This document shows, one piece after another, positions 1-9,742 of a stretch of DNA of 64,000 nucleotides (positions are counted from its first letter, which is position 1; every line of letters starts with the position of its first letter). Made by a program: the position numbers and the translations under genes. The notes beneath the pieces are model-generated. The model was not told where the DNA came from. It did no database searches and was given only the letters and a program-made list of their open reading frames with translations. The DNA is from Candidatus Eiseniibacteriota bacterium (lineage in GTDB: Bacteria > Eisenbacteria > RBG-16-71-46 > JABDJR01), in assembly GCA_963783375.1 (NCBI GenBank), contig CAWANH010000028.1, positions 608,001 through 672,000 on the forward strand, given 5' to 3'.

Positions 1-512
1 ATTCGTACATAAACTTCCGGAACGAGCACTATGAGCTCGACCTCCCCCCCGGATCCTCCGTCGACCTTCACGAGTTCCGCCGTGAAGTGTCGGGCTCCCA
101 CGACCCCGCCCGGACGCGGCCCGTGTCGACGGAGCGGCGGAGCCGGGCGCTGGACCTCTACGTCGGGGATCTCCTGGAGGAGGAGCCGTACGAGGAGTTC
201 GCGATCGAGCCTCGGGAGAGAGCCCGCGCGCTGATGCTCGAGGGATCGAGCGCTCTCGCATCCGCGCTCATTGAAGCGGGGGAGGAACGAGCGGACGGCG
301 TTCTTCGGCGGGGCCTCGAGGTGGATCCTCTCTGGGCCGAGGGGGTCGCCCTCCTGATGGCTCATCTCAGGAACCGGGGCCGGGCGCTCGCGGCCATCCG
401 GCTCTACCGGGAATACGAGGCCCGGCTGGACCAGGAGCTCGGGGTCGAGCCGGACGCACCGCTGCGCCGGATCTTCATGGACCTTACCGAGCCGTCCCGG
501 GAGGGGGACTGA
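1..512 (+). CDS. C-terminal part of SARP/BTAD-domain transcriptional activator (5' truncated by window)
   Basis: Frame open from base 3 (SYINFRNEHYELDLPPGSSVDLHEF); ALDLYVGDLL, DPLWAEG..LLM, L..ELGVEP are BTAD motifs. Confidence 0.8.
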   Translation, partial: SYINFRNEHYELDLPPGSSVDLHEFRREVSGSHDPARTRPVSTERRSRALDLYVGDLLEEEPYEEFAIEPRERARALMLEGSSALASALIEAGEERADGVLRRGLEVDPLWAEGVALLMAHLRNRGRALAAIRLYREYEARLDQELGVEPDAPLRRIFMDLTEPSREGD

Positions 513-558
513 CCCTCCGGCGGCGCCCCGGATTCTCCGGGACGGGGAGACCGGCCGG

Positions 559-1932
559 TCACGCGGGGTTCGCCGCCGGGAGCCCCAGGTCGCCGGCCAC
601 CCTGCGATTCAGCCGAAGATTGTTCCGGCAGGAGAGGTTGCCGGCCAAGGTGAAGAACGGCTGGCGTCCCCGGAGCAGGTTGGCCCCCACCCGGCGCGCG
701 ATCCGCGGCACGGAATAGAAGGTGCGGTTGCACGAGTCCATTTCATTCAGGATCTCGCTTCTGGAGAGGTGATTGTAGATGCTCACCGGATTGGTCAACG
801 TATAGTGCATCCAGTCTTTCGGAAACGCGTTGGCGACGATGCGACCCTCCGCCTCCATCCGGTCCCACAGGCTCGTGCCCGGTAACGGGGTCAGGAACAG
901 CACGTTCATGATGTCCACCCCGTAGCGGTTGGCGGCATCGGCGATCTCCCGCCCGATCCCCGGCTCGTCCACGTCCAATCCCATGATGAACGAGCCGCAC
1001 ACCAGAATCCCGTGACGCTGTACCCGGCGGACGGAGGCCCGGAAGTCGCGTCCTTTCTGGATGTTGAACTTCTTGTGGACCTCGATCAGCCCCGCGACAT
1101 TCGGGGACTCGAAACCGATGAACACCCCGGCGCAGCCGGCCTGGGCGGCCAGTCGAAGCAGTTCCTCGTCGTCCGCCATGTTGATGGTGGCCTGGGCGAT
1201 CCACTTCTTGCCGAGGTTCGCGTCGATGAGGGCCCGGAACAACCGTTTGGCCCGGGCGATATGATCGCGCCGGGTCCCGATCAGGTTGTCGTCCACGACC
1301 AGGACGTACTTCTCCTTGATCGACTTGAACTCCCGCACGACGTCCTCGATCGGACGATGCCGGTAGGTTCCTCCGTTGAACGCGGTGACGCTGCAAAAGC
1401 TGCAGCCGAGCGGGCAGCCCCGCGCGGTCTGGATCGAGCCGACGTGATAGCCGGTCGGGAGCAGATCATGCCTGGCCAGAGGGACCCGCTCTATCTCGGC
1501 CTGCGTGCCCTCGTATACCGGCTTCAAGGCGCCGGCCCGGGCATCCTCCAGCACCTGGGACCAGATGTTCTCCGCTTCGCCCGTCACCACCGTATCGACG
1601 AGCGCCGAGGCCTCGGCCAGCCGCATGGTGGCATGGATTCCACCCATCACGACCGGCACGCCCAGGGCACGAAACTGCTTCCCGACTTCGTAGGCGCGGG
1701 GCGCCTGTGATGTGAACGCGGTAACTCCCACCAGATCGGGGCGTGGCACGGCCGTGTAGTCCGGGATGCCGAGATTCTCGTCGATGATCGTGACGTCCCA
1801 ATCGGGAGGAGTCAGGCCGGCCAGGACGAGCAGTCCGAGCGGTTTCCAGATGCGGTACCGGTTCCACCGATTCTCGTCGACCTTCACCATCCCGACGATG
1901 GGGTTCCGCGGATTGATCAGAAGTAGGCGCAT
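559..1932 (-). CDS. B12-binding domain radical SAM protein
   Basis: PLGL..LA and GGIHAT in the B12 domain; RGCPLGCSFC CxxxCxxC motif; VDDN; FIGFES. Confidence 0.9.
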   Translation of the reverse strand: MRLLLINPRNPIVGMVKVDENRWNRYRIWKPLGLLVLAGLTPPDWDVTIIDENLGIPDYTAVPRPDLVGVTAFTSQAPRAYEVGKQFRALGVPVVMGGIHATMRLAEASALVDTVVTGEAENIWSQVLEDARAGALKPVYEGTQAEIERVPLARHDLLPTGYHVGSIQTARGCPLGCSFCSVTAFNGGTYRHRPIEDVVREFKSIKEKYVLVVDDNLIGTRRDHIARAKRLFRALIDANLGKKWIAQATINMADDEELLRLAAQAGCAGVFIGFESPNVAGLIEVHKKFNIQKGRDFRASVRRVQRHGILVCGSFIMGLDVDEPGIGREIADAANRYGVDIMNVLFLTPLPGTSLWDRMEAEGRIVANAFPKDWMHYTLTNPVSIYNHLSRSEILNEMDSCNRTFYSVPRIARRVGANLLRGRQPFFTLAGNLSCRNNLRLNRRVAGDLGLPAANPA

Positions 1933-2098
1933 ACGGACAATTACCACGCAATGCAAAGGGTCGAGCAATTCGGGCCGGCGCCCGTGAAAAGCAGTCTACA
2001 AGCCGCCGGTCGGAGGCACAAGGGGTCGCGGGACCCGGTCGTTCGAACCGCCGGCGCGAAGGCCGGGGACTCGAGTCGCCACGGGGATCGGCGGCCCG

Positions 2099-2791
2099 CT
2101 ACCTGGTCGCGCTGCCGGTCACGACCGGCACGAAGACCGCCACCATGAGGGCGACCTGCATCGCTTCCACGGCCTCTTTGGTGGCCTCGGCCGCCACGTT
2201 TCCGTCGATCAGCTTCTCGATGCGCTGCTTGTGCAGCTCGAGGGTCTTCTTCTCCACCGCATGCTGAAGCAACCCGGTGCGCTTGGCCAATGCGATCAAC
2301 ACCACCGTTCGCGGATCCACCCGGGTGACGGACCCGACGACGGCTCGGCGTATCCGGCGAACGATCTCCTGCTCGGGTCGCGAGTCGGCTTCGGGATAGA
2401 TCGTCCGGTCGAAGACCAGGAGAACGTGGTCCTTCTCCTCCCGGAGCACGCCATCCTCGACCAGGCGCCCGGCGACCCGGTGCTTGAGCCGCTTGATGCT
2501 CGCCAGCTTGAGGATCCACTCCGCCGGCTTTCTGCGCTTCTCATCCCCGGCGATCATCCCGAGACACTCATCGAGAAGCGGATCCCCCAGGGGAGTGGAG
2601 TTCTTCACAACGACACGCGCCTTTCCCTTCTCGCCGTCGACGCCGAGACGCCCGGCGAGCAGGAGTTCGGCCATGAGCGCTCCCCCGGCGGCCTGGTCGA
2701 AGGACGCGCCGAAGTGGACGGTCCCCTTCTCGTCGTTCAAGGCCAGGAGCAGGATCTCCTCGTGCAGGTAGAGAGGCCGGCTTCTTCTCAT
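2099..2791 (-). CDS. GPP34/GOLPH3-family phosphoprotein
   Basis: LHEEILLLAL..EKG, GALMAELLLAGRL, GDPLLDE..L, L...GVL.EE..VL.VF...YP. Confidence 0.8.
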   Translation of the reverse strand: MRRSRPLYLHEEILLLALNDEKGTVHFGASFDQAAGGALMAELLLAGRLGVDGEKGKARVVVKNSTPLGDPLLDECLGMIAGDEKRRKPAEWILKLASIKRLKHRVAGRLVEDGVLREEKDHVLLVFDRTIYPEADSRPEQEIVRRIRRAVVGSVTRVDPRTVVLIALAKRTGLLQHAVEKKTLELHKQRIEKLIDGNVAAEATKEAVEAMQVALMVAVFVPVVTGSATR

Positions 2792-2927
2792 CTCACTCCT
2801 CTCCCGCGCCCATGAGGCGCGTTCGACCGCCCGGCGCCGCCTCGCCCTCGCCCGGTGCTCCGGAGCGTCCCCGGCCGGCGGGGGGCCGCCCCCCGCGGGG
2901 AGCCCGGGCCGAGCGCCCGGACCCGCA

Positions 2928-3867
2928 TCACCACGGAAGGAGCCGCGCACCCCCTTCGGTGAACTCCTCCCAGAACGCCTCGAGACGCGCCCGGTCGGAC
3001 GGGGACACGCGATACCCCCCGGCCTCCAGGTTGACCTGAAGCTGCTCCGGCGTCCGCATTCCCGGAATCACGCCGCTCACCTCGTCGTAGGCCAGCGCGT
3101 AGCCGAGCGCCTTCCCGGCGAGCACGCCGCCGTCGGCGGTGAGCCACGCCAACCGGGAAACCAACTCCGCCCGTCGCGCGATCTCCTCCGGGCTCCACCG
3201 GGAGCGGACTCCGGTGAACCGGCTCGCGGCGCCGAACCGTCCGGTGAGCCACCCGCTGTCCAGGGGGATCTTCGCGATGATGCCCGCGCCCCGTTCGCTC
3301 ACCCGCGGGAACGCGCGGCGCACCTCCTGGTGGAGGATGTTGAAGCGAACCTCCAGCACCTCGCTCCGGGTGTTCGCCAGGCAGGCTTCCGCGTCGCCGG
3401 AGCGGTCGAGGCTGGCCCCGAAGTGCCGGATCTTCCCCTCGCCCCGCGCCGTCTCCAGCTCGTCCCACAAGGGGTCGGTCCCGGCATACATGGCCGGTTC
3501 GGGGTTGTGCAACAGGAGCACGTCCAGGTGGTCGGTCCGCAGCCGGCGGAGGCTCTCATCCAGGCTCTCCCGGAACCACCCCACCGAGAAGTCGTCGGAG
3601 CCGTCGGGCCGGTGGCCGAACTTGGTGACCAGGACCGCCCGGTCCCGCTTCCCCGACAGGGCCTCGCCCAGCAGTCGTTCGCTTCGGCCCGCGCCGTAGT
3701 TGGGCGAGGTGTCGAAAAGGGTGACGCCGCCCTCGACGGCCTCGGCGACGAGGCGCAAGGCGGCGCGATCGTCCATCGCCCCCCAGGCGGTGCCACCGCC
3801 GAGTTGCCACCCCCAAGACCGATCTCCGAGGCTTCGAGCCCGGTCCGCCCAGTTTACGTCGACGCAT
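2928..3867 (-). CDS. Aldo/keto reductase; two apparent 1-bp deletions near the 5' end
   Basis: FDTSPNYGAGRSE, TKFG, SLRRLRTDHLD.LLLH; N-terminus MRRRKLG(R)TGLEASEIGLG(G)WQLGG is only readable across two frame changes at about 3812 and 3848. Confidence 0.85.
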
Positions 3868-4964
3868 ACAGCTTCCTTCGCACCCGGTTCGCCCGATGGG
3901 TCGGGCGCGCCGGTGATCGATCCGGCCGGGCGCGGCGGGTCCCGCGATCAGGCTCGCCGAAGACCGCGGGACGGGCGCGGCGCGGCGTTTCCCCCCGCCG
4001 CTGGTGGCGGCGGAGCGCCGCCCGGATGAGCTGGAGGGTGAACCCCTCGTGGCCGGCCGGGTCCCGGGCCAGGCAGAGATCGGCGCTTCCCGCATCGGCG
4101 GGCGGATAGTAGACGCCGCAGTTGGCGTTGATCTCCAGCATGTACGGCGTGCCCTCGAGGTCCACCCTGAGATCGCACCGGCCGAAGCGCGCGCCGTTCA
4201 AGGCCAGGAAGAATCGCGCGCACTCGTCCCGCAAACGGGCGTCCAGAACCGGATCGGTGACCGGAATCGACATCATCCGGTCGTACTCCACCCACTTCAT
4301 GCGCTCGTGCTTGAAGCTTTCCCCCGGGGGGAATCGGTACTGCATGGGGGTGTAGGTGGTGGGCCGCCGGGGATCGTCGGGGTTCTCGGCCACCAGCACC
4401 GTGCACTCGGTCCCTTCGATGAACTCCTCGATGAGGGCCGAGCCATAGCGGGACATGATCTTCCTGGCCTGGCGCCGGAGGCCCGCCGGCGTCCGCACCC
4501 GCGAGAGACGGCTCAAGGCCACGCTGGAATAGCTGCTGGGGTGCTTCACGAAGAGCGGAAAGCGGAGGGTGGACGCCGCCCGCTCCACCTCGGCGGCGTC
4601 GTGCGCCATCACGTAGGCCGGGGTGGCGATGCCCTCGGCGCGGCAGGCCGCCTTCATCATCTCCCGGGTCGGCTCGTAGAACTCCGAGGTGGCGCCGGTG
4701 AAGGGAACCCCGTGCTCCTCCAGGGTCTGCACGACCTCGATCCCCGGGATGTCCTGGTCGTCGGCCCCGTCGCAGAGGTTGAAAAAGACGTCGAAGCCCT
4801 CCCCGATAAGACGGGTCACCGTCTCCACCGAGGTCGCCTTCTTCCCGAGCGTGGCCACCGTCCACTCCGCCTCGGGGAAGAACGGCCGCGGATCGCAGGG
4901 CCAATCGTCCGAGGGGAACGGATCGGCGTCGAGATCCTGGGTCGTCAACAAGACAGATGCGCAT
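3854..4964 (-). CDS. ATP-grasp protein, D-Ala-D-Ala ligase-like; apparent frameshift near 4950
   Basis: FFNLCDG, GVPFTG, FPLFVKH, LIEEFIEG.E, GRCDLR, LEINANCG; start MRIC is out of frame with LLTTQD. Confidence 0.8.
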
Positions 4965-5165
4965 CGGCGCGGGAGCCTACCCGTTTTCGCGCGAGGTGTC
5001 CACGACATCGGGACGGGGCCGGATCGGCGCGGCCGACGGATGTATTCGATTGCAACCACACGTCTTGCAGCCAACCGGATGGCGCCGCGTTCCACCCGCG
5101 ACCGATACTCCGCGCCGCTCCCGATCGAGCTTGTCCCGGCCATTCCCTTCTGGGACACTCCCCGC

Positions 5166-5422
5166 ATGGCACGCGTGGTCTTCACCTCCCACTTGAAACG
5201 GCACGTCGATCGCCGACCTCCGCGGTCTCGGGGGAAACGGTGCGGGACGTCCTGGGGGCGGTGTTCGCCGGCAACCCGAAGCTCGGACCCTACGTCCTCG
5301 ACGAGCAGGGGGAGATCCGGCGTCACGTGGTGGTGTTCGTGGACGGTGAGCGAGCGGGCCTGAACGACCCCGTGAACGACTCGAGCGAGATCCACGTCAT
5401 GCAGGCCCTCTCCGGAGGGTAG
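5166..5422 (+). CDS. MoaD/ThiS ubiquitin-like protein (apparent frameshift near 5215)
   Basis: MARVVFTSHLKRH, then TVRDVL..VF...P.L..YVLDEQG..RRHV..FVDG ending QALSGG (C-terminal GG). Confidence 0.85.
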
Positions 5423-5461
5423 GTCCCTTTCCCTCGGTCCGCCCCGCGAAGGAGAACCCCC

Positions 5462-6549
5462 ATGAGCCAGCGCCTCTTCGTCGCCACCCGGAAGGGCCTC
5501 TTCTCCCTGAACCGCGAAAAGGGGAAACGTGGGAAGTGGAAGATCGCCCGCACCGCCTTCCTGGGCTCTCCGGTCGGCATGGTGCTCCCCGACACCCGCG
5601 ACCGCACCCTCTACGCCGCCCTGACCCTCGGCCATTTCGGGGCGAAGCTCCATCGCTCCCCCGACCGCGGAAAGACCTGGGAGGATGCGCCGTCCCCGCC
5701 TTCCCCAAGTCCGAGGCCCCGGAGGTCGCGAAGGGATCGACCCTGAAGCAGGTCTGGTGCCTGGAAGCGGGGGAAAGGACGAAGCCGGGACGCTCTGGGC
5801 CGGCACCATCCCCGGCGGGCTCTTCCGCTCCACCGACCGGGCGACACATGGAAAATGATCAAGGCGCTCTGGAATCTCCCGGAACGCGGAAAGTGGATCG
5901 GCGGCGGCTACGACGGGTCCGGCATTCACTCGATCTGCGTCGATCCGCGCGACCCGCAGGCACCTGACGGTCGGCATATCGATCGGCGGGGTCTGGCACA
6001 GCGAGGATGGCGGCGAAAGCTGGAAGTCCGGACCGGGGATGTTCGCGGAGTACATGCCGCCGGACCGCCGCGAGGACCCGGTCATGCAGGACCCCCACCG
6101 CATCGTGCGGAACGAGGCCGACCCCGACGTCCTCTGGTGCCAGCACCACAACGGTGTCTTCCGCTCCGCCGACCGCGGGCGCACCTGGGAGACCATCACG
6201 GTCAAGCCTTCGGTGTTCGGCTTCGCGGTGGCAGGCCACCCCAGGGACCCGAGGACCGCGTGGTTGGTTCCCGCGATCAAGGACGAGTGCCGGGTGCCGG
6301 TGGGCGGGAAGATGGTGGCCGTCCGCACCCGGGACGAAGGGAAGAGCTTCAAGACGCTTCGACCGGGCTGCCCCAGAGCGCGCCTACGACCTGGTCTACC
6401 GGCACGGGCTGGACGTGGGCACCGAAGGCAAGATGCTGGCCTTGGGCTCCACCACCGGCTCGCTCTGGATCTCCGAGGACTCCGGGGACTCCTGGAAGAC
6501 GTTCTCGGCCAACCTGCCGCCGGTTTACTGCGTGCGGTTCGAGAAGTAG
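5462..6549 (+). CDS. BNR/Asp-box beta-propeller (sialidase-like) protein, several apparent frameshifts
   Basis: RLFVATRKGLF, HFGAKLHRSPDRGKTW, QDPHRIV, WCQHHNGVFRSADRGRTW, SEDSGDSW; segments lie in different frames. Confidence 0.8.
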
Positions 6550-6658
6550 TGTCCCGTCCCGGGAGTTCGTGGTCCCGGTCCGGGCATCGTCGGCGCGCGG
6601 TGACGGGCGCCGGGGTCTCGGGGGGCGCGCACCCCGGTCCGGGCGCGCGCGGAGCGCC

Positions 6659-7567
6659 ATGCCGAACGAGGGATACACCTACCGCGAGCGACTGGGAGCC
6701 CTTCCTCCCGGCACGACCCTGCTCGGCTACCTGAGCGAGCGCTACCCGCACTCCTCGGCGGAGGCGTGGCGCGACCGGATCGAGGCGGGCCTGGTCACCG
6801 TGGACGGCGCCCCCGCCGGTCCGGACACCGCGCTCACGCCGGGCCGGGAGGTCGCCTGGCTCCGGCCCCCATGGGTGGAACCGGAGGCGCCCTGCGCGTA
6901 CGCGCTCCTCTACCGGGACGCGGAGATCCTGGCGGTGGCCAAGCCGGCGGGACTGCCCACCCTTCCCGGCGGCGGCTACCTGGAGCACACCCTCCTGGCG
7001 GTGGTGCGGCGCCGCTATCCCGAGGCATCGCCGCTCCACCGGTTGGGGCGGTGGACGTCGGGGCTCGTCCTGTTCGCGCGCACCCCCGGGGCCCTGGCCG
7101 TTCTCTCCGAGGCCTGGCGAAAGGGCCGGGTGCAAAAGCGCTACCGCGCGCTCGCCTCCGGGCGGGCGGAGCGGAAACGCTTCTCGGTGGAGCTTCCCAT
7201 CGGTCCGGTGCCGCACGCCGTCCTCGGCACGGTCCACGGCGTCTCGCCCACCGGCCGGCGCGCGGTGAGCGACGTGCGGGTCCTGGAGGAACGGGCGGAC
7301 ATGTTCCTGGCCGACGTGGAGATCGAAACCGGCCGGCCCCACCAGATCCGGATTCATCTCGCCGGCGCCGGCCACCCCCTGGTCGGTGACCCCCTGTACC
7401 CGGTGGGAGGCGTGCCGGCCATGGGAACCACCGCCCTGCCCGGAGATCCGGGCTACCTCCTCCACGCCGCCGAACTCCGGTTCCCCCATCCACAAACCGG
7501 GCGCCTGCTTCGCCTTCGCTCGGAGCCGCCCCCGCCCCTTCGTCTCTCCGATCCACGACGCGGATAG
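6659..7567 (+). CDS. RluA-family pseudouridine synthase
   Basis: [16 protein letters not shown] (motif II with G where D is usual), [30 protein letters not shown]. Confidence 0.85.
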   Translation: MPNEGYTYRERLGALPPGTTLLGYLSERYPHSSAEAWRDRIEAGLVTVDGAPAGPDTALTPGREVAWLRPPWVEPEAPCAYALLYRDAEILAVAKPAGLPTLPGGGYLEHTLLAVVRRRYPEASPLHRLGRWTSGLVLFARTPGALAVLSEAWRKGRVQKRYRALASGRAERKRFSVELPIGPVPHAVLGTVHGVSPTGRRAVSDVRVLEERADMFLADVEIETGRPHQIRIHLAGAGHPLVGDPLYPVGGVPAMGTTALPGDPGYLLHAAELRFPHPQTGRLLRLRSEPPPPLRLSDPRRG

Positions 7568-7688
7568 CCGGTCCCCGGGGCTCCCGTCACACGCCCCCGA
7601 GGAAACCGTAATCACTCTCCGAAGGGAAACCGGAAGCCGGACGCCGCCGAGCGCGGGGCGCCCACCCCTCCGGAGAAAGCGAGCGACC

Positions 7689-8399
7689 ATGTTAGGCTTG
7701 AAATCATCAGCTTCTACCTTCGGCGCATGCCTGGCTGCGGCGGCGATGATCTCCGGCTGTTCCGCGGGAAGGCCCGGGGACGGATCCGTGTCGAGGGACC
7801 GGAACGCTCCGGCCATGGCGGCCGCCGACCGGGACGCGGGAGCGGATCCCGCCCGAATGCAATCGGAAGCCGGCGCGGGCAAGGCCGATCGGAGCGGCAC
7901 GACCATGAGCGATCGGAACACCATGGACAAGGACGGGAAGAGCGAGGGGATGATGAGCGGCGAGAAGACGATGAATCCGGACGGGAAGATCGTGAAGAGC
8001 GAGGCTGAATGGAAGAAGGAACTCACTCCGGAGGAGTACCGCGTGACCCGGGAGAAAGGCACCGAGATGGCCTTCACCGGTAAGTACTGGAACGAGCACC
8101 GGGCGGGGATCTACGTCTGCGTGGCCTGCGGGGAACCGCTCTTCAGCTCCGACACCAAGTACGACTCGGGATCGGGCTGGCCGAGCTTCTGGGATCCGAT
8201 CGACGAGCACAACGTCGATACGGTCCGGGACCGGAGCCTCGGGATGGCCCGAACCGAGGTCACCTGCCACCGATGCGGCGCCCACCTCGGACACGTCTTC
8301 AACGACGGCCCCAGGCCGACCGGCCTTCGCTACTGCATCAACTCCGCCGCGCTCGAGTTCGACCCGGCCAAGGACAAGCCCGGGTCCGGAACCCCCTGA
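7689..8399 (+). CDS. msrB: Peptide-methionine (R)-S-oxide reductase with lipoprotein-like signal and Met-rich linker
   Basis: [20 protein letters not shown], Cxx[28 protein letters not shown]; N-terminal AAMISGC lipobox-like. Confidence 0.92.
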   Translation: MLGLKSSASTFGACLAAAAMISGCSAGRPGDGSVSRDRNAPAMAAADRDAGADPARMQSEAGAGKADRSGTTMSDRNTMDKDGKSEGMMSGEKTMNPDGKIVKSEAEWKKELTPEEYRVTREKGTEMAFTGKYWNEHRAGIYVCVACGEPLFSSDTKYDSGSGWPSFWDPIDEHNVDTVRDRSLGMARTEVTCHRCGAHLGHVFNDGPRPTGLRYCINSAALEFDPAKDKPGSGTP

Positions 8400-8580
8400 C
8401 CGTGCCCGGGCGGCCCCGGGGATCGGGACGGCCCGGTCCGGTCCCCGGGGACGCCCGACCACGCGGCAACGCGTTTCGGGACATGGGGATGGGTTCGAAC
8501 CCCGACCATCCGTGCGGAACTCCGTAACCGATCCCCCGACCCTGCATCCCTCCCGGTGAACCTCATTCGAGCAAGGGAGG

Positions 8581-8976
8581 ATGACGCAAGTGGAAATGGA
8601 AATCGTGTTCCCCCACGGGGATAGGGTGGACGCAAAGATGGGCTCCATGGTCATCACGACCGATCAGGACGGCTCCGCGCCCGCCCCCTTTCAGCTCTTT
8701 CTGGCGTCGATCGGGACCTGCGCCGGGATCTACGTGTCGAGCTTCTGCCGGCAGCGGGGGATCCCCACCGACGACATTCGGATCCGCCAGCGGATGCGGG
8801 CCAATCCCACCACCCGGATGGTGGAGCAGATCGATCTGGACATCGTCCTTCCCGAGACCTTTCCCGAGCAGTACAAGGAGGCGGTGATCCGGTCCGCCCA
8901 GCTCTGCGCGGTGAAAAAGCACCTGGAGCACCCGCCGGCCATCGCGGTCCGGACCGTCACCGAGGCCGCCGTCTAG
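8581..8976 (+). CDS. OsmC-family protein
   Basis: TDQ..GSAPAPFQLFLASIGTCAG, LCAVKKHL. Confidence 0.85.
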   Translation: MTQVEMEIVFPHGDRVDAKMGSMVITTDQDGSAPAPFQLFLASIGTCAGIYVSSFCRQRGIPTDDIRIRQRMRANPTTRMVEQIDLDIVLPETFPEQYKEAVIRSAQLCAVKKHLEHPPAIAVRTVTEAAV

Positions 8977-9336
8977 CCCGCCCGGGGCTCCTGAAGTTTC
9001 GTTGCGAGACCTCCGGTCCGGGGGGCACGGCTCCCCGGACCGGCGCATACACAGCCCTTAGGCCGCTGCCCGACCCGGGTTCTGAGCGAAGTCGCCGCGA
9101 TTTCGGGGCGCTCCTTCAGACTCAGCCCGATCGGGCGGCGGCCCGTTCTTTTCCGCGTCCGCCGGAACAAGTCTTCCCGATCCCTCCACCACCCTTCCCT
9201 TCCGTGCTAGTCTCCTACGCTTTGACTCGAATCCACGAGGTTCCGGCGGGATGCGCCCGCCCCGGCGAGGCTTCCGGCCGCGCCGCCGCGCCTCGTGACG
9301 ACGGGCGGACACAAGCGAAGGAGTCGGACGGATACC

Positions 9337-9738
9337 ATGCTGGGCTTTGAGAACCCGGCCACCTATACCCGGGTGGGGATCATCTACATCATCCTGAGCC
9401 TACCCGCCTGGGGGCTCCTGATCGCCGGGAAGCTGTTCGAGATCCGGAACTTCTATCTCCTCATCTCGGTCATGGGGCTGCCCCTCGGCGCGCTCTTCCT
9501 GGGGTTCGGGACCGGGCGCCGGGCCCTCAATTCCCGCAGCGACAACGCGCTCCGAATCTCCTACATCGCCCTGGCTTTCATCGCCTTCCTGTTCCTCTTC
9601 GAGCTCATGGTCCGGGGCGGGGCTTCGCTCTTCATCACCGCGGTCCTGTTTTGCGCGATGGCCGGGTCGTTCCTGTCGCTCCTGACCCTGGTGTTCCTCG
9701 TCGCCGCGCTCTTTCCCGAACGCCCGCCGGATCGCTGA
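9337..9738 (+). CDS. Small hypothetical multi-pass membrane protein
   Basis: About four hydrophobic segments; GGAG upstream; ends 4 nt before the ClC gene. Confidence 0.6.
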   Translation: MLGFENPATYTRVGIIYIILSLPAWGLLIAGKLFEIRNFYLLISVMGLPLGALFLGFGTGRRALNSRSDNALRISYIALAFIAFLFLFELMVRGGASLFITAVLFCAMAGSFLSLLTLVFLVAALFPERPPDR

Positions 9739-9742
9739 CGCC

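Noticed and set aside
3854-8077. 1407-aa ORF and other long antisense or alternate-frame ORFs (e.g. 17866-20823, 10000-11988)
   Set aside because: High-GC shadow frames of real genes; only 3854-4950 of the 1407-aa ORF looks coding
8484-8512. GGTTCGAACCC T-loop-like sequence
   Set aside because: No cloverleaf; just an intergenic palindrome
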